A stretch of DNA of 64,000 nt from Alkalispirochaeta sp. Lineage in GTDB: Bacteria > Spirochaetota > Spirochaetia > DSM-27196 > Alkalispirochaetaceae. Shown in pieces: positions 10,825-19,376 of this stretch. Position 1 is the first letter of the stretch; the number at the start of each line of letters is the position of its first letter. The position numbers and the translations under genes were made by a program. The notes below the pieces were generated by a model. The model did no database searches and was not told the origin of the DNA. It worked only from the letters and a program-made list of their open reading frames with translations. The DNA lies in NCBI GenBank assembly GCA_965601925.1, contig OZ271854.1, forward strand, positions 4,000,001-4,064,000, given 5' to 3'.

Positions 10825-11727
10825 GTGAAACTCACCGGGAGCGGCACACGGTCGGAGCGGAGAGCGGGACTCATGTTTGTGTCGCCCGCGGTGCTCTTTA
10901 TCGTCGCCTTTATCGCCTATCCGACCGTCTACAATATCGCCTTAAGTTTTCGCGACATCTCGGTCACCAACTTGCTCGGCGAGCAGCCGTTTATCGGGCT
11001 GGCCAACTACGCCCGCGCCCTCGGCTCCGACGTCTTTCGCGTCTCGTTGGGCAATACGTTCGTCTACACCGCCGGCTCGATCTTTTTTCAGTTCATCATC
11101 GGCTTCGCCCTGGCACTCTACTTCGCCCGTCCGTTTCCCGGCGCCGCATACATTCGCGGCCTGTTGATGGTGAGTTGGTTGTTGCCGCTGGTGGTGACCG
11201 GTATTCTGTGGCGCTGGATTCTCGCCGGCGACTCGGGACTGATTAATGTCGTGCTGATGCGACTCGGAGTCGTGGCGGAACCGATCTTCTGGTTCAATCA
11301 GGCGACGACGGCGATGTGGTCGGTTATCGTCGCCAACATCTGGGTAGGCGTTCCGTTTAACATGGTGCTCCTCGCCACCGGTATGCTGACTCTACCGGCC
11401 GACGTCTACGAGGCGGCGATCATCGACGGGGCGACGGCGGTACAGCGCTTCTTCTTTATCACCGTACCGCTCCTACGACCGACGATCGTGGCCGTCGTCA
11501 CCCTGGGTTTCATCTACACCTTTAAGGCGTTCGACCTGATTCTCGTCATGACCGGCGGCGGACCGGTGAATGCAACCGAGCTTCTGTCTACCCTCGCCTA
11601 TCGCGAGACGTTCGATAACTTCAACTTCGGATACGGTTCGGCCATCGCGAATCTGCTCTTTCTGATACTGCTCGTCGTCGGACTGATGTACCTTCGCGCG
11701 GTCGCCGCCGAAGAGAGGGAGGCGTAG
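10825..11727 (+). CDS. Carbohydrate ABC transporter permease
   Basis: EAA motif YEAAIIDGA...FFFITVPLLRP, and MTGGGPVNATE. Confidence 0.93.
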   Translation: MKLTGSGTRSERRAGLMFVSPAVLFIVAFIAYPTVYNIALSFRDISVTNLLGEQPFIGLANYARALGSDVFRVSLGNTFVYTAGSIFFQFIIGFALALYFARPFPGAAYIRGLLMVSWLLPLVVTGILWRWILAGDSGLINVVLMRLGVVAEPIFWFNQATTAMWSVIVANIWVGVPFNMVLLATGMLTLPADVYEAAIIDGATAVQRFFFITVPLLRPTIVAVVTLGFIYTFKAFDLILVMTGGGPVNATELLSTLAYRETFDNFNFGYGSAIANLLFLILLVVGLMYLRAVAAEEREA

Positions 11728-11730
11728 CCT

Positions 11731-12576
11731 GTGGCGGCGAACACGAGGGCGTGGAAACGCTGGATCCAATCGGCCGGCGCGGTGATCTTTGCGGCGCTCT
11801 TTCTCTTTCCCCTCTATTGGATGCTCATTACCTCGGTGAAGACGAGTGATGAGATCTTCGCCCTGCGCCCGACTCTATGGCCCCGAGAATGGACGTGGGA
11901 GGGGTATCGTAGTCAACTGACCGCGCGCGAGAGCGTCTCGATTCTCCGGTACTTCTACAACAGCACCGTGATTTCGGTCTGGACGACGGCGGTGAGTCTC
12001 TTTTTCGGCGTAACCTCGGGCTACGGGTTGGCGCGCTTTCGATTTCGTATCGGGCGCGCGGTTCTGTTCATCTTTCTCGTCGCCCAGATGCTGCCGGCGG
12101 TGATGTTCTTGGTACCTCTCTTTCAAACCTTCACCGCTCTCGGATTGATCGACACCTACACCGCCGTGGTGATCAATGTCGCCCTCTTTACCGTCCCGTT
12201 CAGCGTGCTCATTCTGCGCCCGTATTTCTTGTCCGTGCCGAAAGAGCTTGAAGATTCGGCGCGGATCGACGGGTGCGGCAGAATCGGAACCTTTGCGCGC
12301 ATCGTGGTGCCGGTCGCCTCCCCGGGCATCATCGTGGCCGGCGCGCTCTCGTTTCTACTCGCGTGGGGCAATCTCATAGGTCCCCTCACCTTCCTACGTA
12401 CCGAGACGATGTACCCGTTAACGGTTAATATGTACCGTGCATTGGGACGCTACGGCGCGCGCTGGGGTGAGCTCATGGCGTACGCCGCCATCGTGACACT
12501 ACCGGTGGTCGCCCTGTTCGTCGCACTGCAACGATACCTCGTGGCGGGGTTGACCGCCGGTTCGGTCAAAGGATGA
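11731..12576 (+). CDS. Carbohydrate ABC transporter permease
   Basis: PKELEDSARIDG EAA-like motif and C-terminal GLTAGSVKG. Confidence 0.93.
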   Translation: MAANTRAWKRWIQSAGAVIFAALFLFPLYWMLITSVKTSDEIFALRPTLWPREWTWEGYRSQLTARESVSILRYFYNSTVISVWTTAVSLFFGVTSGYGLARFRFRIGRAVLFIFLVAQMLPAVMFLVPLFQTFTALGLIDTYTAVVINVALFTVPFSVLILRPYFLSVPKELEDSARIDGCGRIGTFARIVVPVASPGIIVAGALSFLLAWGNLIGPLTFLRTETMYPLTVNMYRALGRYGARWGELMAYAAIVTLPVVALFVALQRYLVAGLTAGSVKG

Positions 12577-13787
12577 CGAAAGAAAACATACAACTCTCCG
12601 CGGTTCAGTGGTTGTACTGGTCGAGCTTCGGCCTCCTGTTCATGTTTCTCGTGGCCTATCTGGAACGGCTCGGCTACGCGGCGGTCCAAATCGGAGTCGT
12701 CATGGGGGTCGTATCGGCCGCCGCAATGGCGGGTCAACCCTTTTGGGGAATCGTCGCCGACCGCACGGGTCGCATCGGTACCGTGATTTGGCGATTGCTA
12801 CTCGTCTCGGCGATTCTATCGCTCCTGTTTCTCCTCGTCGGGAGGAACATCGTGTTGATTGCCGCCCTCGCCGCAACGATCGCCTTCACCCTTCAGGCCC
12901 TCGCGCCCGTCATCGACAGCTGGACGATGCACTACTACGAGATCCTGCCGACGGTGAACTACGGATTGTCGCGTGCGATGGGATCGGTCGGCTTCTCGCT
13001 CTCGGTTGCCGTAGCCGGCCGTGTATACGATACGTTCGGTATCGAGCTGATGTTCCCGAGCTTTGCCGTCGTCTGTGCGGCGGCGGCCGGGTGCGTCGCC
13101 CTCACGAATCGCGGCTATCGCGTCGCGTGTCGGCGCACGGCGCCGATCGACGGCGGCGAGCAAAACCACGTCGCACCGCACCTCTTCGGTAGCCTCCGCG
13201 GGTTTCTGCGGGCCGACGTGATCGCTTTTTTGGCGGTCTGCATCGCCTCATTTACCGCCCTTCGCGCAGCGCAAATATTTCTCCCGCTGTTGATGAGTGA
13301 GATCGGCGGCGCCAATACGGAACTCGGCTATGCACTGTCGGTCATGGCGATCAGCGAGGTGCCGTTTATGGTGTTTTTCACCGTCGTCGCACGACGCATT
13401 CGCGATACCGACATCTTGTTGATCGCCCTCGTATTCTTCCTCGTGCGCGTCGGTAGCCACCTGTTCGCCGCGACGCCGTGGAGTGTCGTCGTGATCCAGG
13501 CGATCCAGGGACCCAGCTTCGGCCTCTTTTTACCGGCGAGCGTACACTACATGAACCGCGTCGCACCGACGGGCGCCAAGACCGTCGCACAGACGCTGGC
13601 GGCGTTATGCACCTTCGGTCTGGGGAGCGTCTTCGGTAGTGCCGGCGGAGGGTACGTGGTGGAGACCCTCGGAGTGCGGGCGATGTACGGGGTGGCGAGC
13701 GTTCTCATGTTGGGCACGATCGTTGCGTACATAGCGTTCTTCTATTGGCCCGGGTGGGCGGCGCGCCGGCGAGGGCGCGTGCTGTAA
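12573..13787 (+). CDS. MFS transporter (oligosaccharide/nucleoside H+ symporter-like, MFS_1_like)
   Basis: QPFWGIVADRTG, YGLSRAMGSVGF and SEVPFM motifs; 12 TMs. ATGA overlap with the upstream permease. Confidence 0.85.
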   Translation: MTKENIQLSAVQWLYWSSFGLLFMFLVAYLERLGYAAVQIGVVMGVVSAAAMAGQPFWGIVADRTGRIGTVIWRLLLVSAILSLLFLLVGRNIVLIAALAATIAFTLQALAPVIDSWTMHYYEILPTVNYGLSRAMGSVGFSLSVAVAGRVYDTFGIELMFPSFAVVCAAAAGCVALTNRGYRVACRRTAPIDGGEQNHVAPHLFGSLRGFLRADVIAFLAVCIASFTALRAAQIFLPLLMSEIGGANTELGYALSVMAISEVPFMVFFTVVARRIRDTDILLIALVFFLVRVGSHLFAATPWSVVVIQAIQGPSFGLFLPASVHYMNRVAPTGAKTVAQTLAALCTFGLGSVFGSAGGGYVVETLGVRAMYGVASVLMLGTIVAYIAFFYWPGWAARRRGRVL

Positions 13788-14027
13788 CTGGGTCGCGACC
13801 GGATGACCGTGTCCTCCGGCTCAGTAGACGAGGCGTCTGAAGTCGCCCGATGCCACGGCCATCCGGGCGTGAGTGATGTAGATCGCGCCCGCCGGCACTT
13901 GGTGGATCGTGTAGGGAGAAGCGGAAGCGGGGCGGGATGTTTTCTAGGGCGCGTGCTGTAGCAAGGAGTGCGGAAGGGCGACGTCGTCAACCGCGCATCC
14001 AGGCCGTGGGCGGAATGTGGTTGGGAG

Positions 14028-15860
14028 TTACGAAGGAGGTGTTCCCCAGCCGTCCTCTTCGTTGATCGCACGCGCCGCCTCCCACATGATCGGCCACGCC
14101 TCCAGAAGGTCGGCCCATTGGGCGTAGAAGTGTTGATGGATCGCCAAGGACTCTGCGATGCTCCGTTCCGGGGAGCGTAGCTCTAACGCTACGACAGAGT
14201 CGGGGTCGGCGATCTCGCGGTCCATGTAGGAGATGTATGCCCCGAGCTCATCGGCCCACCAGACCGGTTCGGCGTTGTAAAGGTCGAGCTCGGTTTTCAG
14301 AATGCGTTGTAACATTTCCAGCTGGGCAACTTGAACGAGACGGAGATACTCGCGAAAACTGGCCGAGCTCATTCGGCCCACATCGCGAAAGCGTCCGGCC
14401 AGCTCGCCGACGCGCCGGGGGCCGGGTTCTCTGAGGAGGTCGATTGACAACCCCTTCAGAATAGCTTGGTTATACGTACCCAGATCGATTGTGTGAGTGC
14501 CTAAAAGGCTTTCGGAGAAAGGAGCCTTCGGAGAGGGATCGTGAAAGGCGCTAAATGGCACGCTACCGAAGAGTCCGGCGGGATAGAGCATCTTTTGCAC
14601 CATACGAAAACAAATGTCTTCCCTTCGTCCCCACACAAAAAAAGGCAAGAGTTCTCGCGTGGCATCGAGAGAGCAGAGCGCCGTGGAAAACATGTCACCG
14701 ACATCGAGTGTCAGTGCCGTGGTCTGTCGTATACAGAGGGCTTGACGGCGCACGCTCTCAAAACCGTACTCGTGATGGATGGTTTCATTCAGGTGCTCCA
14801 TCCGGAACAAGAACGTACGAAGAGGAATAGCGAATTGTCGAGCCCCGTAGCATCCCGCCGATGCGGCAATGATGGTAGGTCGTCCCGTTTCCAATAGCCA
14901 CGCCGCTTTAGAGCTGATCGACGACATGTCGACACGATTGCCAAACACCGTTGTCGAGTGTCCCAGCGGCTCTATGAGCTTATCGATACTATCGTCTTCC
15001 GCCGGATAAAGCGCATTTTCGATATCCGCCATCGACGGAAAGAACCGGAGATCATGCATCGACGTCTCGAATACGACGCTTTTGTCATCACTCGATTTGA
15101 TATGGGCAAAGCGTCTCCGAATATCGTCGTCGCTCGCGACAATGCGCCGTCCCGCGCCCATCAATAATGTGATGTTACGAGTCGACCCGAATGTAGAAAC
15201 GCTCTCCGGAGCGCCGACTCCCGTGAGGCCGAACTCCACAATGGCCGACGGCACTCCTTTTTCCGCAATACGCTTAATCACCAATGAAACGCGTCTCTCG
15301 CGCTCCTGCGGCGATATGTAGTCGACGTGAAGGCCCGCCGACTCGGCCGATGCGGCGGTGCGACGGTTGGATTCAATCGAGTCCCGGTCTCGACTATCGT
15401 CTACGACTACGATACGCGAAAAAAGCGTCTCACCGGGTCGACAGAAATCGTCGAGCCAGCCGGCAAATGATGCCGGACGGTCGCGAGTGATGCAGGATAG
15501 CATCACTTCGTTCTCCGTCGCCGATGGAGATTGGTCTGGGTGTTCGGTCGCGTGCCCGGGATCGAGAGCCGCGGCGAGGAGGCGACGAGGACGGAGCAGC
15601 CCGTCCCGCACCCACCTCTCAACCAAACCGTACAACCGGTCGACATCGACGTTTGAGATGTCCGCCAGGTCGGAACTCGCCAGGGTTGTGAGGTGATCCC
15701 GTAGCGTTAAGCAACCGCTGAGGCTCGCCAGTAGATCGGCTTCCAGCGACGCCACCCGGTGCGTCTTGTTCTCGTTGCGGTTTTGCAAGAAGACCGAGTT
15801 GTCCCCGATAGGAATCCGATCGCAGTACGCGGGATAGTACTCAGTGTCGCGTACCGTCAC
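14028..15860 (-). CDS. Uncharacterised 610-aa protein: RRE/PqqD-like N-terminus plus GT-A (GT2-like) fold domain
   Basis: SCITRDRP...IVVVDDS...GSTRNITLL...VASDDD...GRRED match GT-A motif order. First ~90 aa give a 3-strand/3-helix pattern ending WVRDGLL. GTGA overlap with the upstream paralog. The ORF is solid; the fold call is by eye. Confidence 0.6.
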   Translation of the reverse strand: MTVRDTEYYPAYCDRIPIGDNSVFLQNRNENKTHRVASLEADLLASLSGCLTLRDHLTTLASSDLADISNVDVDRLYGLVERWVRDGLLRPRRLLAAALDPGHATEHPDQSPSATENEVMLSCITRDRPASFAGWLDDFCRPGETLFSRIVVVDDSRDRDSIESNRRTAASAESAGLHVDYISPQERERRVSLVIKRIAEKGVPSAIVEFGLTGVGAPESVSTFGSTRNITLLMGAGRRIVASDDDIRRRFAHIKSSDDKSVVFETSMHDLRFFPSMADIENALYPAEDDSIDKLIEPLGHSTTVFGNRVDMSSISSKAAWLLETGRPTIIAASAGCYGARQFAIPLRTFLFRMEHLNETIHHEYGFESVRRQALCIRQTTALTLDVGDMFSTALCSLDATRELLPFFVWGRREDICFRMVQKMLYPAGLFGSVPFSAFHDPSPKAPFSESLLGTHTIDLGTYNQAILKGLSIDLLREPGPRRVGELAGRFRDVGRMSSASFREYLRLVQVAQLEMLQRILKTELDLYNAEPVWWADELGAYISYMDREIADPDSVVALELRSPERSIAESLAIHQHFYAQWADLLEAWPIMWEAARAINEEDGWGTPPS

Positions 15861-17299
15861 GGGATAAGACCCTCACCGGCGTGGTTTAGCTCCACCGCGG
15901 CGCTCCACACCTCCGGCCACACCGCAAGAAGCTCGCCGTATCGGCGGCACGCCGCCCGATGGCGACGGCCCGCCTCTATCGCGCCCACGTCCTGTCGCAG
16001 TTCGCGCGCCTGCGCGTTGTCGGCATCCAGCGCTTGATCCTGAAGGCGCGCCAAATAATCCTCCAAATCGGCGGCCCACCACTTCGGCTTTCCGGAATGA
16101 CGCTCCAACAGCCGGTTGCCGCGCCCGACGGTGGCGGCAACGTGGTTCAGCCACAGGGTGTGACAGAACCTCACCCACTCCCGGTCATTGAGCCGTGCAA
16201 GGTCGCGCAATTGGCCGCCCAGGTCAACCATGGCCCCCGCGTCGTCTTCGGCCACGGCGTGACGGTTGAGATAGTCGAGGATTAGGAGCGACAGTTGGTT
16301 GAAGTCGGCCGACGCGTCGGCCATGGCGGTGTCGGCGAAGGGCTCTCCTTGCGGAGCGTCGTAATGTATACAGAACGGAACGTGTGCGATCGCGTCGCGC
16401 GACCGGCAGCGGAGTGCAGCGGCGGCCCATGAGAAGCTCTCGTTGCGTCCTGCGGTTGGAAAGGGCGGCAGGAGGACGCGCGCGTCGACGGCGAAACACC
16501 GCGTGAGAAAGAAGGGACTGCGCGTCCTCATAGGGGCCGGAGACTGGAGCACCGCCGATGGAGAGCGCATCATGGCCCGGTATTGCCGCCGGCCGCGATA
16601 GGAACGCGAGTGGAGCTCGTCGGTGGCGTAGAGCGCCGCCTGGGGCCGATCGAACCACGGTCTTCCCGCTGTGCCGGCCATCGTCGCAAAGACGCGGCTG
16701 CCGCCCGCCGACTGAGGTGCATCGGCCTTCTCGCCCGTCTCGAACGGTGAGACGAGGGCGTGAACGGGATCGCCCGTCCACGGTTCGAGCGTTTTCCGTA
16801 GCGCCTTCTCGCCGTCGAAGAATCCAACGATTACACGCTCGGGAGAGTCCTTCCCTGACGGTGACGAGACGATAGTATCCGATCGTACGTGAGAAAAACG
16901 AAACGCCGTGTCGCCGTCGATGCTCACCGCGACGCGTCCCGCGCACGCGAGGAGCATCGCGTTACGGACGCCCCCGGCGCCCCGAACTGGCTCCAGACCC
17001 GCTCCCATGCCAAAGGCCGTATCGGCAAGCCGATCGGCCTCGTCGCTCCGACCGAGATAGGCCGCTATCTTTGAGACGAGCCGTCGTTGCTGCGCAGCAT
17101 CGGAGGCACTCTCGCCATCCGGCGTGTCGCTGGGAACGGTGCTACGCGTATCCCGGAAGACTACCGGTACACGGTCTAATATCTCTTGTGGAAAGGACGC
17201 TCCTGGCTCAGTCTCGCCGCGAGAGACGATACATACGACCCTATCTCGCGGGTTGATGCCGCCCTCCCCAATCGACGAGGAGGGCATAATCGGCAACAA
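15857..17299 (-). CDS. Uncharacterised 480-aa paralog of the downstream GT-A-like protein, with degenerate motifs
   Basis: Shares GGVRNAMLL, VSIDGD, LLPPF..GRNES, PKWWAADL and YGELLAVWPEVWSAA with the 610-aa protein. Lacks its N-terminal domain. Start 17299 (TTG) or 17287 (ATG). Confidence 0.6.
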   Translation of the reverse strand: MLPIMPSSSIGEGGINPRDRVVCIVSRGETEPGASFPQEILDRVPVVFRDTRSTVPSDTPDGESASDAAQQRRLVSKIAAYLGRSDEADRLADTAFGMGAGLEPVRGAGGVRNAMLLACAGRVAVSIDGDTAFRFSHVRSDTIVSSPSGKDSPERVIVGFFDGEKALRKTLEPWTGDPVHALVSPFETGEKADAPQSAGGSRVFATMAGTAGRPWFDRPQAALYATDELHSRSYRGRRQYRAMMRSPSAVLQSPAPMRTRSPFFLTRCFAVDARVLLPPFPTAGRNESFSWAAAALRCRSRDAIAHVPFCIHYDAPQGEPFADTAMADASADFNQLSLLILDYLNRHAVAEDDAGAMVDLGGQLRDLARLNDREWVRFCHTLWLNHVAATVGRGNRLLERHSGKPKWWAADLEDYLARLQDQALDADNAQARELRQDVGAIEAGRRHRAACRRYGELLAVWPEVWSAAVELNHAGEGLIP

Positions 17300-17334
17300 A
17301 GACCCGGTACACGCTACGTTATCGTCCCCTTAGT

Positions 17335-18657
17335 TTACCTTAGCTCTTGCGCACCACCGGGTTGAAACTCGTATATCTGTATCGCCGGCGTTGGGTCCGT
17401 CCCTACCGTAAAGGGCGCGGATATGCCAATGACCGGCACCTCGTACGGACTTTCTCCGGAGGGTAGCTCGGGCCCGAATCCTCGAGATGGTTCCGACGTG
17501 ATGACAATTCTGACTCGCTTACCCTCCAATACGCCCTCTATTCTTGTCACCGACAAATCGTTGGGATCGGCCGGTGAAGAGGAACGCTCGCCCGTCGCCG
17601 AACTGGAAACAGGAGTACCGTCGGCATTCAAGAGCGCCACATCCTGCAGAGAGGTTCGTATTCCTGGTATTGTCCCCTCTTGACCGAGAGGTTCATCCTC
17701 CCATGGAACATAATAGCCGGCTTCGACGTGACCAATTACAAATGAAAGTATATCTATATCGCCACCGCTCTCGTCGGCGTCAATGATATCGTAGTATAGC
17801 GTTGTTGGGACTACATAGGTTTCCGGGTTGGTATTCGGATTACCCGGTTCGCGTCGGGCTCCTATTGGATCACTGAAATTGATATCGGCCGCCTGAGGAT
17901 CCAAAACAATATCCAAGTCTACAAACACCGGCTCAGGCTCGGGTTCCGGCTCAGGCTCAGGCTCGGGTTCCGGCTCCGGTTCGGGTTCAGGCTCCGGTTC
18001 GGGCTCTTCCTCCGGTACAACCCCGTAGCGCTCCTCCATGAAGGAGTCCAGCGCGTCCCAGTTGTCCCCGAGTGCAAGATCGACTTGCTGCGTCTCTCCG
18101 CCGGTGATCGTCGCGGTGGAGAATCCCACTACCTCGTCGCCACTATTCGGACCGTATGCTTCCACGATTACCAGATATTCACTTCCCGCGCGCAGCCCGT
18201 TGAATGTCGTGGAGCCGGAGGCGCCGGCCTCGTAGGTAAAGAACGATCCCTGGAACTGAGCTCCCGGAAAGGCGAGATCAAATCGGTACGATGCGACGAA
18301 TGCCTCGAATGAGTCCACGTCGCCGCTGTCGAGGGCCGCTAATTGGGCGCTAAAGACCTCTTCGATCGACTGCTCCACGTCATTAAATAACGACTCGGCG
18401 ACATCCGGTCCGCCGCGAAGCAGGCTGTCCTCCGCTACGGTAATGAGAAAAAAGCCGAGTGAATCGAGCTCCACGGACGCCGAGACGTCCGAGCCCGACA
18501 CGCTGGACAGCGCGCCACCGGGGTCGCTTATCCGTATGGCGAGGCCCCCCTCGCCTTCCGACGGCGTCCAGTAGCACGCCGCCAATAACACGACGAGCGA
18601 TACGAGCGCCGCCGCTCGTATCGCCTTCGTTCCATGCGATAGTTTTCCGGTATTCAT
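17335..18657 (-). CDS. Acidic lipoprotein with (EP)13 linker
   Basis: SD GAGAGG precedes ATG 18657. Signal peptide with lipobox LLAAC; central EP repeat; very D/E-rich. Confidence 0.8.
   Translation of the reverse strand: MNTGKLSHGTKAIRAAALVSLVVLLAACYWTPSEGEGGLAIRISDPGGALSSVSGSDVSASVELDSLGFFLITVAEDSLLRGGPDVAESLFNDVEQSIEEVFSAQLAALDSGDVDSFEAFVASYRFDLAFPGAQFQGSFFTYEAGASGSTTFNGLRAGSEYLVIVEAYGPNSGDEVVGFSTATITGGETQQVDLALGDNWDALDSFMEERYGVVPEEEPEPEPEPEPEPEPEPEPEPEPEPEPVFVDLDIVLDPQAADINFSDPIGARREPGNPNTNPETYVVPTTLYYDIIDADESGGDIDILSFVIGHVEAGYYVPWEDEPLGQEGTIPGIRTSLQDVALLNADGTPVSSSATGERSSSPADPNDLSVTRIEGVLEGKRVRIVITSEPSRGFGPELPSGESPYEVPVIGISAPFTVGTDPTPAIQIYEFQPGGAQELR
17929..18006 (-). repeat. Coding hexanucleotide repeat encoding (Glu-Pro)13
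   Basis: 78 nt with mixed synonymous codons (GAG/GAA, CCC/CCG/CCT), indicating a protein-level linker. Confidence 0.9.
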
Positions 18658-18692
18658 CGATACACCTCTCATGTGTCTCCCGAAGAAGACGA

Positions 18693-19367
18693 TCACGATC
18701 CGATCTCCCACTCGATCGTAAGACCCCCGCTATCCGGTGGGCCCTCAGGTCGCGGCTGTTCTCCCGGTCCGGTCCGAACTTCGACCGTCGTGTCGTCTTC
18801 CGCGACCCGCACGGGAGGCCTCGGCGGTGCGCCGCCGGTTGAGGTGCTGCGTTCGCCCCCGCCGACCGATACACCTTCGTTGAACCGATTTGCCAACCGC
18901 ACGACACCGGTCGATACGTCGAGGTTGGCCCCGTCGAAGACAAAGCTCGTTCCTCTCACCGACGCCGTCGCGATGGGGCTGCGTACCTGAAAATCGGCGT
19001 TGTTCCCCTCGGTGCCGCGTACGTCCGCGCTCAGGCGCCCGACGCGCAAAAACAGCTGACTGCGGTCGGTACCGTCTTGGGATACCAACTCGTCGATTCT
19101 CATGCGTGTGAGCGGGCTTACGTCGACGACGCTCGCGCCGATCTCGAGGCGCGCGGTCGCGTTAAAGCTCGTCGATATCGTCGCACCGGCGGGCACGATC
19201 GTTCCGGTTTCCACCGTCGTCCAGGCAGTAGCGCCCGGCTGTCGCACCTCGACTTTGCCGGTGGTCTCGACGACCGTCGCATCGATTCCCCATGTTGCGC
19301 CGCCGATGACGCTCAACAGCGCCAACACGGCGAGTACACGGTGTGGATGGTATAATCTCCCCTTCAT
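18693..19367 (-). CDS. Exported FecR-domain protein
   Basis: Signal peptide; GKVEVR...W...G..ISTSFNATARL and FQVRSPIATASVRGTSF are characteristic FecR-domain motifs. SD GGGAGG. Confidence 0.85.
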   Translation of the reverse strand: MKGRLYHPHRVLAVLALLSVIGGATWGIDATVVETTGKVEVRQPGATAWTTVETGTIVPAGATISTSFNATARLEIGASVVDVSPLTRMRIDELVSQDGTDRSQLFLRVGRLSADVRGTEGNNADFQVRSPIATASVRGTSFVFDGANLDVSTGVVRLANRFNEGVSVGGGERSTSTGGAPPRPPVRVAEDDTTVEVRTGPGEQPRPEGPPDSGGLTIEWEIGS

Positions 19368-19376
19368 GATCCCTCC

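Noticed and set aside
13742..14071. Short ORFs in this gap (109 aa minus; 52 aa plus from 13803) as a RiPP precursor for the RRE-like enzyme
   Set aside because: No SD, the longer ORF overlaps both neighbours, and there is no leader/core character. The repeated YSTRPR merely reflects the 15-bp DNA repeat.
17929..18006. Phase-variable simple sequence repeat
   Set aside because: The unit is 6 nt (frame-preserving) and the codons are synonymously mixed, so it is a protein linker rather than a slippage switch.
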